Assembly: GCA_028023455.1 (NCBI GenBank)
Contig: JAQFVV010000007.1
Coordinates: forward strand, 19,468,001 to 19,532,000
DNA: 64,000 bases
Reading direction: 5' to 3'
DNA from: Epiperipatus broadwayi
Lineage: Eukaryota; Animalia; Onychophora
In this document: one piece after another, positions 25,530 to 37,249 of the stretch
How positions within the stretch are numbered: the stretch's first letter is position 1
How the letters are laid out: each line of letters begins with the position of its first letter
The notes under the pieces: generated by a model
Told to the model about the DNA's origin: nothing
What the model saw: the letters and a program-made list of their open reading frames with translations, nothing else
Database searches by the model: none
Position numbers and translations under genes: made by a program

Positions 25530-27700
25530 TTGATGTAATGTGATGTGATGTACTGTGACTTTTCCTTAAATGGAGTCAGAAATCTCTCAGCAGCTATGCC
25601 CAGAGAAACCTGTTAGCCACTTTATCTTCCTTTTCCATTGTCCACCCTAAGTTTTCCCATAATCTGCTCCATCCAATTTCTACAACATAATCTTTGTCAA
25701 CTCCATGACCTTCATATCTAAATCCCCCTTATTTTTTCCCAAACCTAGCATAAAAACCAATAACTCACTTTCTGTATAATCACTTTGTTCATATTTAACC
25801 TTCCATAACTTCATTATTTGTACCCTTTCTGCTTCCAAACATTTACATTGAAGTAACAGATGCCTAATATTTTCTATGCCTTCTTTACACAACTTACAGA
25901 CTAAATCACCCATATTTTTCCATTTATGTGTATATTCCCTTGTTGCTAAAGATCACGTTTGAGCCTTAAACAATAAACTACTTTCCTTACTATTATCATA
26001 AATTAACTCACACCCAATGTTCCGTTTACTTTTTTATATATTTAAACTCATTTTACTCTCCATACTAGTTCTCCATCTCTCCAATTCCCTATTCTTTATT
26101 AATGCATCTATTCTTCTATCCCACTCCTTCCCACTATAACACTCAACAATCCTCCTAACACAATCATCCCATCTTTTGTACAAGTATACTGACATAACTT
26201 TATCCAAATCTTCTGCATACCACATTATCTTTCTCACCCATCTTGTTGGCTGCCCTTTACTTGTAACCCAATTAAATACTATTTTGGCTATTCTTTTATT
26301 ATTCATGAACTGCAATCTACCGAACATTTTCAATTTGCTTTTTGCATCCCTCATATAAAAATCTGACCATCCCATTTCTCCTTGAATTGCCTCTTTTGCT
26401 GTCCACACCTCAGCATCTAATGCATGTCTTCCTACTTCCCTTTGTACTTTTTCTAAGCAATCTAATACCCCTTTACTAACACATAATGCATCATTGCCAT
26501 ATGTTAACCCTGCTACTGCCACTCCCTTCCATACAATTCTAGCTACATCATATTTATTATATGAAAACAGTGTTAATTTTTTTATCAATCCCTTTCTTTT
26601 CTTTGCTTCATTTATCTATTTTTTCTCCCATTCATCCAAGCAATTTTTCTTATTACTCAAGATGATTCCCAAATAACTATATCTATTCACCACACTTAAC
26701 TTTATATCCCCCAATAAGAAATCTTTGTCTTCTCTTTCCCCAGTATTCACTATCATTATATTTGATTTTTCTTCACTAAATTTAATCCCCATATCTTTAC
26801 CCACCTTTGCACATGTCCTCAGCATAACTTCCATATCTTCTGTTCTTTCTGCACACACAAAGACATCATCCGCAAAAAAAAAGACCGGACAATGTATATA
26901 CTCTCTTGCCACCTGTTAACAGTACCTCTATCCCTTTTCCTAGTCTTTCTATTGCTCTCTCCATTTCACTCAAATACAACATGAACAAAATAGGTGACAT
27001 AGGGCATCCTTGCCTCAGTCCCACCCCATTTTTAACTTTAACTGATTTTATATCCCCTAATTGATATGTATAGTAATTATTTTCATATAATTTCTTAATA
27101 ACACCCACTAAAGCTTCATCCATTCCCAGATTTGCTAAACTTATCCATAATCTATTTCTATTCACTCTATCATATGCCTTCTCTATATCTATAAAACTCA
27201 TATATAACTGTCTACCTGAATTTCTACTCATATCTATAAGTTGTGTAACTATAAATAAACTATCTCCTATATGCCTATCTGACCTAAAACCTCCTTGCAT
27301 TTCCCCACTACATTATTTTCTTCCATCCATTTTGCAACTCTTCCAGTCACTATATATGAAAAAACTTTATATAAAACTGATGTTACTGCTATTGGTCTAT
27401 AATTATTTAACTTTCTATGATCCTTACCTTTTCCTTTAAATAATAATCTTACTCTTGTATTACTCCAACTACCCGGAAAAACTCTCTTCTTTGCCATCTT
27501 ATTAAAAGATGGTAGTAACTTTACTTTTGCCCTATGCCCCAAATTCATTACCATCTCTGCTGCCCATCCATCTAATCCTCTTGCCTTACCACTTCTCAAT
27601 TTCTTCCTTGCCTCATTCAGTTCATTTTCTGTAAATGCAATATTCCCATTACTATATGCTTTCATATTTTCTATCCCTCTTTCCTTCACATCTTCCTAGA
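25530..27700 (-). mobile_element. 5'-truncated, frameshifted non-LTR retrotransposon (RTE/RTEX-like) with RT and C-terminal CCHC
   Basis: Successive ORFs give GKARGLDG, NYRPIAV, QGGFR, FIDIEKAYDRV, GLRQGCPMSPILF, FADD, YSYLGI and CKLCKEGIENIRHLLLQC. A (CATCA)n-like tail lies at about 25530-25550. Confidence 0.9.
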
Positions 27701-28494
27701 CTATACAATGCTATGGCCCTCTGGTGATAAATACATTAATTAATGTCATTAATTTAATTGAAATCCAAAAGAATGCATTTAGATTTTACTTAATTTTAAC
27801 ATTCTTACATTCCCAGATATTCTGTGATGAACCATTTAATTAAATTTGCTAGTGAACCTCTATTATTTCTATTCTTAATAGGAAAAACCTATTAGTGAAA
27901 CTTGGCATAAACATATTAAAATTAGTTACTATTGTTCTCTTTCCGCATCTTCATTTTGCTATTTAAAATAAGGCCAAACTTAACAAAATGTGAACTAAAA
28001 CTCTTTTCAAAACCCTTCAAAATATTTCCAAGTTTTAAAACTATTATAACGGTCAAATATGTACATTCATGCAACAAAATCCAGAGTTTTAATAAATCAT
28101 CCCAAGGCTGACCAGCATAAGGTGATGATGACCACATGTCTGATATAGCCACAGTTCATTTACTAACACTCAAAGATTTACTACCTTATGAATGACACAT
28201 ATGAGGCCACAGCATTATTCTTTTTTATCACATGCCGGCAATAGAACATCGGTAGAGCACAAGACTATGGAAAACTAACATTTTAAACAGTATAGCTATA
28301 TAGATATCGTGTGGCTTGGGAATAATTATTAAATACGGATTGTGATTCTTACTAATAATTAACTAATCAATAATGATTTAACAATCAGCAATATCGAGAC
28401 ACTAAGCAGAAGTTAAATTTAAAATTAATTTAATGAAAGCCAAATAATAAAAGTAATAAATGAAATAATAATTGCAATGATTATATAGATTGTC

Positions 28495-28649
28495 TCACTC
28501 ACAGGTGATTAGGTTAGGGATACAATTTACATTTAAGTTTTGGGTTCACACACAGGTGATGATTTTGGCTACAATCATTTATGGTTTACTGAGTTACATG
28601 TAGCTTTAGTTTATATATATATATAGATATATATATATATATATATATA

Positions 28650-28694
<45 letters not shown>

Positions 28695-28920
28695 CATCTT
28701 AAATCACTTGCAGGTGATATTAATTTTCTGGTTACAAATTAATTAAATTATTATATTTGTCATATATATGTCTATCACTCACAGGTGATGATTTTGATAT
28801 AAGCATTTATGGTTTATATACATATAGTGTTTCCAATCACATGCAGGTGATCCTAGTTTGGGTTACAAATAATTTAGTTTACTTTGATATATATATATAT
28901 ATATATCACTCGCAGGTGAT
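28495..28920. repeat. Array of six TCAC-WYR-CAGGTGAT motifs (degenerate 50-70 bp units) interrupted by (TA)n
   Basis: Motifs start at 28495, 28546, 28704, 28775, 28837 and 28906. A compound (TA)n occupies about 28611-28692. Confidence 0.85.
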
Positions 28921-31829
28921 GAAAAAATTATACATTTGAACTTACAGTTTCATGAGCCTTAATATTACTTTAGAAACTTAGTTAATTTGCTCATGATGAT
29001 CTATGCCTAGTTTATGCTATATAACAGGATCTAGATCTGCTTTAGAGCTAGCAGAAGTGATTACAAACATTTATAAAGAATATAACATTTTATTAAGTAC
29101 GAATAATTAATATATTCTCTATATAGCTTATATGCCTATGAAATTAGATTCGAACTCAGATCAAAGCTGAAAGATACAATTATTACGGTGGGTTGAACTG
29201 GTGATTGGCAGTCAGACTTCAGATACCAAGGCATATACAAAATATACAATCTGAGTCCCTGCATCTTTAATGTGCACTTTGTCATGGGATTTGTACCAAG
29301 TACCTGTTCCCTTTTCACCATACTCATTGCTGTGGAAATAAGAGATATTTTAGTCCAGATTATCAAACAACTAATTAAGTATCTGGAGTCTCATGCCCCA
29401 TTTCTGAGGATGCAGAATGGGGTGGTGTGTACCCAACCACCATCTGAAGGAGGTAGTTGTCTGAACTTAGAGTAATAGGGTAGCCCTTATGCACACACCC
29501 ATTAAAGTGATACAGCAACAAGTATATACACCATAGCATTTCTTAAGAACACATTTGCATCGCTGACTACATCATTATATAATCAAATAGGACACTAAAC
29601 AATAGTTTCCTTCATGAAACTACCGTAGATCAGTTCATTATATAGCATCTATAATTATGCTATTAAGGAAAGTTTATGAATCTAATTTATAAAGCTATCT
29701 ATATAGGCATTTATATAATTCTAGGGAGGACTACAGCATATTATAGATAATTACGATACAAAGTTATAACTTTATGCTGTATTTTATCACTTCAACTGAA
29801 TATCAATTAAATATTACATTTAAAGCAAATCTATTTTATAGTAGCTGTGCTTTTAATTATATCTTAAATAAGACATTTTATCCATTTCAAAACAGAGTTT
29901 CGTTTGTGCATTAATAAATGCGAAATTACATATATATGTGTGAGAATATCTAATCGCTTCTCATTATTCATTTAACTAAGAGTAAAACTCTGTTTTGAAC
30001 AAATATAGAATAAACAAATACATAATTGAAAAATAATAAAATTGGCATAGATTTAACTAAAAGGAAACATAAGTTTAAAGATAAGATTTCACGTAAGTGA
30101 AATCTGAAATTTAGCTTTATTTTAGCTTTGTTTAAAAAGGGAATCGAAACGAAATTAGTTTAGATTTGATTGATTCAGTTTAATATAGATCTAAGTTATC
30201 TAAGAGGATTCTTAATGAAAGCAAACTTTATCAGTAAGTTAAATATGTAAAATAACTTAGAGGCTTAATTATCATTTTAAAATAAATCATTTTAGAATTA
30301 TACATATAAAGCAAGTTAAAACTAAATACATTTTAATAACTCAGAATAAGATAAATACATTAAAACTAAATCAATCATAAATAAATTAGCAAACTAACAA
30401 ATAAATCAGTAAATAAATTCAGTAAGTAAATCACTAATTAAATCAATAAATCAGGCAAGATTTTAGGATTAAAATAAAAATAAAATTACATTTAAGAGAT
30501 GAGTTTAAAGTACATTATTATTTTGGCCATAGTTAATAGATTTAGCTAGCTTTAGGAATTAATGAATTTTAGTTGAAAAGTTAACTTTAAGTTCAGGGAG
30601 GTTGTTACCATAATCTTCTTTCTGCTGGCAAGCTGGTTTCATGTTGAAGGATTCTGTTAGCTGGAATCAGCTTTTATCTCACTGCTCTCTGCATCTGGTA
30701 GATCTTCTCAGGGTCTAGAAAGCAAGGAAGTTGCTATTCTAGCCCATTATCATCATCATTATCAATTTTAAAACATAATTTGTTAATGAATTGAATTAAA
30801 AAAGTGTCTGAATGAATTAAAGATGGCTGCAGAAACTTATATATCAGCTTATCTCCTTCTCCCCTGTCATAGTAGTTTTTAGATCTGTTTTTCTAGTTTT
30901 CCCACTGCTTTCTAAGAAATCATGGAATCCCACTGAGATTGATTTTTCTACAGGTGGGTTTTACCTACAGTCAACCATGATTTTTCTTTCAGTCACTCAG
31001 AATAATTTATTCATACTTTTATTTTAAAATCTATTTTTATTCTTAATTTGTAACTAGGTCATAATACAGCGAGAAAGATTAAGTTTTATGAAGTCATCTT
31101 TTTAGAAAAACAAATCCAAAAGATGAAGAACATTTTCTTATATATGTAACTTGATCATATAATTTAGTGATATATGCAGAAATATATAATAATTTCTAAT
31201 ATTACTTTTAGAATAATTATTCTAAATAAAGAAATTTCTAATGTTTTAATTCTATTAACATTATTTTTTCCTGCATATACGTAGTCTTTTGTTACACACA
31301 CAAAGCATTTTTCATTGATTTACTACCAGAAATATATATATGTATTTATGGGTTTTTACATATATAGATACAATTTTCATATTGTATGCTAAAATATACA
31401 CAAACATACATAACTAATACATTTAGGTTTAAATTTAGCCTGATTTTAATACAATATTAGCATGATATAATTATAGTATATGAGGATTTGGTGATAGTTA
31501 CAGATATAGAAATACTACTATAGTATATGGTAAGTGAAACAGTAGGATAGACAGATCTGACTCACTATTTTAGGCCATTTATAGAAATATTAGAATTAAA
31601 ATACAAAGAAACGTATATTTCACTCATAAGCAACCCCAAATTAAAAGTTAAAATATTTCAATTTAAAATATTTGACCATATCATAGTATGTGTGCAGATT
31701 AAAATATGTGACCTACTTTTGTTATATGAGAATATACGTATATATATATATCAGTTTGAAAAATAGAACTACTAAAAGAAATTTAATTACAATAAAACCC
31801 ATGGATACACCATTAGAAGTCTGAATTAG

Positions 31830-32118
31830 GTGGGATTTCGATATATATGCACAATATGCACACACTACAATAACTTTAGGTTTTGAAATAGTATATGATA
31901 GTAGGTAAGATGTAAAAACATGTGAAAAAGATCTGCAGAGCACATCTTGCTGTTTCACATTCCCTTAGTTACAGAACAAAAAAATTAAAAAAAAAAGTTT
32001 TTGACAACAGGTGCTCAATAGCATATTTTGGAAATCCATTGACAAACACAAAAAAAAAAAAAACTTTGACAAGAGGTGACGAGATTTGCTTATACATCTG
32101 AATCATGTCTTAATGCCA
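31830..32118 (-). repeat. Putative 3' LTR start of the Gypsy gag relic, containing the ~130-bp core repeat
   Basis: Begins TG (TGGCATTAAG) directly after a PPT on the minus strand. 31830-31955 matches 34605-34728. Confidence 0.5.
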
Positions 32119-32136
32119 TTCCCCCCCTCCTTTTTT
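32119..32136 (-). promoter_or_regulatory. Polypurine tract
   Basis: The minus strand reads AAAAAAGGAGGGGGGGAA followed by TG, a canonical retroelement PPT-LTR junction. Confidence 0.65.
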
Positions 32137-32263
32137 GAGATGTATTTATTTGTATATTCTATTGTCCAAATTCAAGTAAAATGCTTATTAATATCTTTTT
32201 TCCCTTTTGTGAGATTGTCCAAGATCAAGTCCTTTTTGTGTTTGCTTGTTACCATCCCTGCTT

Positions 32264-33420
32264 TTACAAATTTATCCCAGGGTCAGGTGGGTGGGGCTGA
32301 TCTCTCATGTTTGGTGGCTGTCCTTTTGGGTGATACAATCTTTTTGCTTGATCTGGTGATTCTTTAGCCCATGGACTGAAATCCAACATAGTCATAAACT
32401 CTGTTATTTCTTCTATATATTTAATTCTTCTCCCAGCCATCAGCTGCTGGATCAGCAATGGCATATTTTTCTGAATGGTGTGAATAATATGCACATCAGA
32501 AAACACAAAGGTAGTAAGCAATCTCAGGTGGTTAACTTGATGGATAAAGAATTGAGTATGCATTTCTTTAACATCCCCATATTTTTCTTGTAATATGGTA
32601 TTCAGGATACCATTCTGGCATTCATCACTCCAGTAGTATGGTAATAATGTTTCACTGTATGCAGTGAAGTTACCTGCTTTTTCCTTGATTATACTCCACC
32701 AGTCTCTAGTGTAACTGTGTAAATAATGACTGGTGATTGCAGTTTGTCCTTGGGCCCAGTATTATAGAATGTAAAAAAATCTTTTAAACTTTCCAGATGT
32801 GGATGGGGGTTCTCTCTAATCTCTCCTGGAAATATCTTTATGTAGATTACTTTGGATAACTGGGTTTGAATTCCTGGGTCAGCCATCAGGACTCTGTTAG
32901 TATTGGTGACCCCAGTATTTGCTTTATCACTATTGATTTGGAATGGTAGTAGACTGTGCAAGTTGACTTTGCTTTGATCTGCATATTTCTCCCCCTTTAC
33001 ATCATTGGTGTTATCAGCCTCTATTTTCAGGATCAAAGTTTCATCATATAATTTTGGTATGGTGGCTTCATCTGTTTTTTATGGCTTCTTCTTTTTCGTA
33101 GTCTTTTTCAATTCTTAGTTGGAGGGTTTCCTGTTACTGTTTTATTTGCTTTACTTCTTGGATGAGGAACATGGGCAGTACTCGAAGTTTTTTTGGGGCT
33201 TCTTTGTCTCTTATCCTGGTTTTCTCCATTTGTTGTCTAAAGAGTTCTTCTATGTATTTTAGGTTAAAGTCTGGGCTTATTTCTTTTGGGTGGCTTTTAC
33301 TATTTGTGGTGGACACTCTAGATATTCAGATGAGTTGAGGTCTTCCTGTGCTAGCTCATCCTGGCTTTGAACTCCATTCTTTATTCCTTCTGCCATATTT
33401 TGTTCATTCATATTTTGCTG
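32264..33420 (-). pseudogene. Frameshifted Ty3/Gypsy gag (capsid-like) relic
   Basis: Pieces PHLESLKDFF..DKL, FTAYSETLLPYYWSDECQNGILNTILQEKY and DVHIIHTIQKNMPLLIQQLMAG..IEEITEFMTMLD fit retrotransposon gag patterns ('F...YW...Q..I', 'II..I...P..IQ..L'). Confidence 0.6.
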
Positions 33421-34259
33421 ACGATGATTATTTCTGAATATACGAACAGTCTTTTTTTTAATATTTAGTCCATTGATTTTTTATTTTATTGGAAAAATTA
33501 CTTGTTATGGATATAAGTGACAAGCTTTGGCAATAATTGTCTAAGAAACTTATTAGTATTTGCTATGGATATAGAATGGTTTTCTTAATTGGCTTTTACT
33601 TTTGATCAATTAATGGCCATTGGCTGTCTCCCTCTCGGTCTTTTTTTACTCTTCCACTCATCTTTGTATTGTTTCCTATAACTGATTTGGATATGCTGCT
33701 TCTTTATATATATATATATATGTATATTTGCTTGATGACTTACTATAAGAAGTTTCTTCTGCCACATGCTCAAGTGATAACTATTGGGCTGTGTTTTATT
33801 TAGTATTTTCTAGATTCCAATATCTTGATTTCGTACCCTCTTGTTTAATGGTTGTGAATGGATAAATTATTACCCAAATTTTACATGCATGGTTACATCA
33901 GAGAGGCTACAATAATCTTTAATAAATACACAAATATATATAGTTACATATTTTCATATCCATCACTTGGTCCAAATCGCGTTACATACAAAATTTGATA
34001 TTTGAAATAAATAAATTGACTAATTAGAACCTGATAGCTGACATTTATATTTGGAAACAACTCAGTTTATTAACGTTATTCCAAAGTGCCATGTCATCAG
34101 TGGCAACATCTACATTGTTAGCCTCCCACAGGGACATTCAATTAATTATTTCATTTGACTTTGGGCATTCATCAATAACTAAATAGTCATATACATTATA
34201 TTTCAAAATTATATTTTATTCAAAACGAGATATATATATATATTACGCTACTTTATTTG

Positions 34260-34730
34260 GGAATTATCTTTCTAGTTTACAGTAATTAACACACATATAC
34301 TTATAATACGACCAAAGCTGACAAAAGTTTACATATATATTGCTCGTGTCACACTATAGCAAATTGAAAAGTCTTAAGGTAATTATTTAAATGCCCGAGC
34401 CAAACAAAATACGCATTGGAAAATAATATACATAAATGTAAATCACAATGTTGTGGAAATACCTAAATATAGATCTTTTTAAAATATCTATTGGAATACA
34501 GGGAAATGGATGACTAATTAACAAAAAGCAAAACACTATCAGGGGTTGTGGGTGATTAAATAACAGAGCGCCACATTGGGTAAGCCATGGACCCGGGAAA
34601 AAAACATTTGAGTATACATGCGCAGTACGCACACACTACGATAAGTTTAGGATTTGAAATAGTGTACGATGGTAGGTAAGATGTAAGCAAAGATTAAACA
34701 AAGATCTGCAGAGCACATCTTACTGTTTCA
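34260..34730 (-). repeat. LTR-like sequence containing the ~130-bp core repeat
   Basis: The core matches 31830-31955. On the minus strand AATAAA lies near its end, followed by (TA)n. Confidence 0.4.
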
Positions 34731-35329
34731 ATACTTGCTGGAGGAAAGTGCTTACAATAAACAAAAATAATGAATTCATGATCAATGTATTAACCATAGT
34801 TAATTTAAACAATAAACATTGTAAGGGGAAATAATCATAATTTAATGAGGTTACAAAGCAGTGAAATAATATGCAGAATAATACAAGCAAAAACAAAAAC
34901 AAAATTGTTTGATCATAGTCAATGATACAAACAAACTTCAGAATAAAGACCAAATTAAACACATTTACAATGTTGTAAAAGGAAAATAATTATCTTTTAA
35001 TAAATTTTAGATAATATTCTGATGTGAGAAAGTTGTTACTCAAAATGTTGGTTTTGACGCAAATTTTATGTTTTAAGGAAGTGCGTGCATGCATGCATTT
35101 GTTTACAGTTTGCACAAAAATGTAATCCATGCCAGTAAGAAACCAATCATTGTTTTTTATTTAAATAAAATTATATTGCTACAAATCGAATTGCCCCCCC
35201 CCCCACTAAATAAAATTATATCTCGATATTTTGAGTTAAAGAAGTTTTTCAGAAGATCCTGTGCAGACATTATTTTCCAAGATCGCAAAGTTAGAAGGTT
35301 ATCTCAACTATTACATATATGATATTTCA

Positions 35330-36730
35330 CAGCAGGCCTAGCCCACAAGTACCATACCATCTTTCCTACAAAAAGATCAACACCTTATACACAAACTATA
35401 GATAGAAGATGTATTCAAATGTGAGCCTGAACCAACAAGAAGAAAAATATATAACCTGTTAAGTACAGAATCAAAGTTATAATGGACTATGGAAAATAAC
35501 AACGCCACAAGAAGCATTAAATTATTAGATTTGAAGAACAATAGAAATAAAAACAATATCTATGAAATTATTGTAAAGTCAAAATAAAAAGGTATAATTC
35601 ATCCACAATTGGAAATCATTATGATTTACAAGCTATCAGGATTTTAAAGAATTCCTCAATAGAAACCAATGGCTATGTAAATAGGGAGCAGAGTAAAAAT
35701 AACATAAGATAGAAGAAGACATAAACGACTAATCCACATAGAATATAGCTAAAAACACTGAGTAGAGAAATTAAAAGATTCAATTCCAAAATAAAACAAT
35801 TTAAGAAAACGTGATAACAACAAATCATAAATCACTATGCTTTTTGTCTCAGGCATAACAAATAAAGACAATTTGCAGACAGAAGCATAATGTAGACTTA
35901 GCCAAACTCAATAGGCTTATCAACAACACCAACAATAAAAAAAGAAAAAAACTCCCATGAGTACAGTACAAAGTACAATGCCATGATTCATGCAGTGTAC
36001 TAAAGAGGGAGGGAGATGGATCTCAAGCCAAAGCCACCACAAGAATAACATAATATAAATACCCACACAACAGAGGTAATGAAACCTTAGAATATCCGTT
36101 TTTGTTCTTAAATAATGAAAAAGAATACACAAACATTTGTGTGTATAGAAGAATGATAAATAGATAAATGTAAACAGGGCTTGGTACATCGTAAGTAATA
36201 ACAACGTAATAAATAATAGAGTTAATAGCACCCAAGTATAATGAAATATGCAAATCAGCTTATTTGCATATTAATAACAGTGATAATAAAACAACACATA
36301 GAATAACATAAAACAATACTCATTATGATTCACAATATTGAAAATATATTAAGCTGAATTAAAATCCAAAAACATCTAAGAAAGAATAATTATATACTTT
36401 ATAAAGCATATCAACATGCATATGGAAAATTTATTATACATAATGAACAAAATTTAAAATAAGATTATATAAATACACAATAATGTAATTCACAACGTGA
36501 CAATTTCTTTTATATACAGAGGACCAATGAGAAAGTGATTTTATCTTCTGATTACTATACAGTCATATATTGACATAGAAATGTGTAATATTCACAGTAG
36601 CATCATGTAAATCAATTGGGTTTAACGTTATATATGTATATATAATGTGGAATAATTTAGGTTCTCCATTTATTCATATGTTTTTGCATATATGTGTAGA
36701 AATGGTAATCTGGACCAACTGATGATTATT
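35330..36730 (+). mobile_element. Degenerate Penelope-like element (RT C-terminus, possible GIY-YIG remnant)
   Basis: HKL*IEDVF (~RYVDDIF), TMENNN..RSIKLLDLK..R (~FTME.E...I.FLD), ITMLFVSGITNK (~LPYV.GLS.KI), and later KSAY.H and HNEQ. A CTGATGA relic lies at 36719. Confidence 0.5.
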
Positions 36731-37249
36731 GGTTTAGCATAAAATACGGATATTAATTATTATTTATCTTTTTGACATATATGTGTTCAAGTGCATCAAT
36801 GTTATGAGATAGAATAGAGAATGGTAGGTCATGTGAAAGTTTGTGCTCATATACCCTATATACTTCATATGTTTTTTTATAACTGTGTTTCATCTGGATC
36901 CCAATTGCCATTATTTAGCTAATATGGGTAGCTTAGGGACAGATCTTAACACAAAATATACTACAAATTATTTATTGTGTGATTTAGATGCAGATTACTG
37001 TACCAACTATAAAGTTTAAAAGTTGAATTAAAAAGAGGCAAGTTATTGAGTCATTAAATTGATATTTGTTTGAAAAGATTGCTTTATAATTTTTCTACAT
37101 ACAAGGAAATTTTGATGTTTCATCCCATGTATTAATACTGTGAGATTCTTTCAAAATTTCAATAGTTTTCAATGTGTTTTTTGCTAACATCTGAATATGG
37201 TTTTAATGTTAAAAATATTTATTTCATATTCAGAATTCTTTTAGAATTG

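Noticed and set aside
28495-28920. CRISPR-like repeat-spacer array
   Set aside because: Eukaryotic context, 15-bp core, irregular spacing, related 'spacers' and no cas genes.
29130-29480. GC-richer patch: possible retroviral protease relic or small exon
   Set aside because: A GSEV-like match needs multiple frameshifts and lacks the catalytic D. No coherent exon partner was found.
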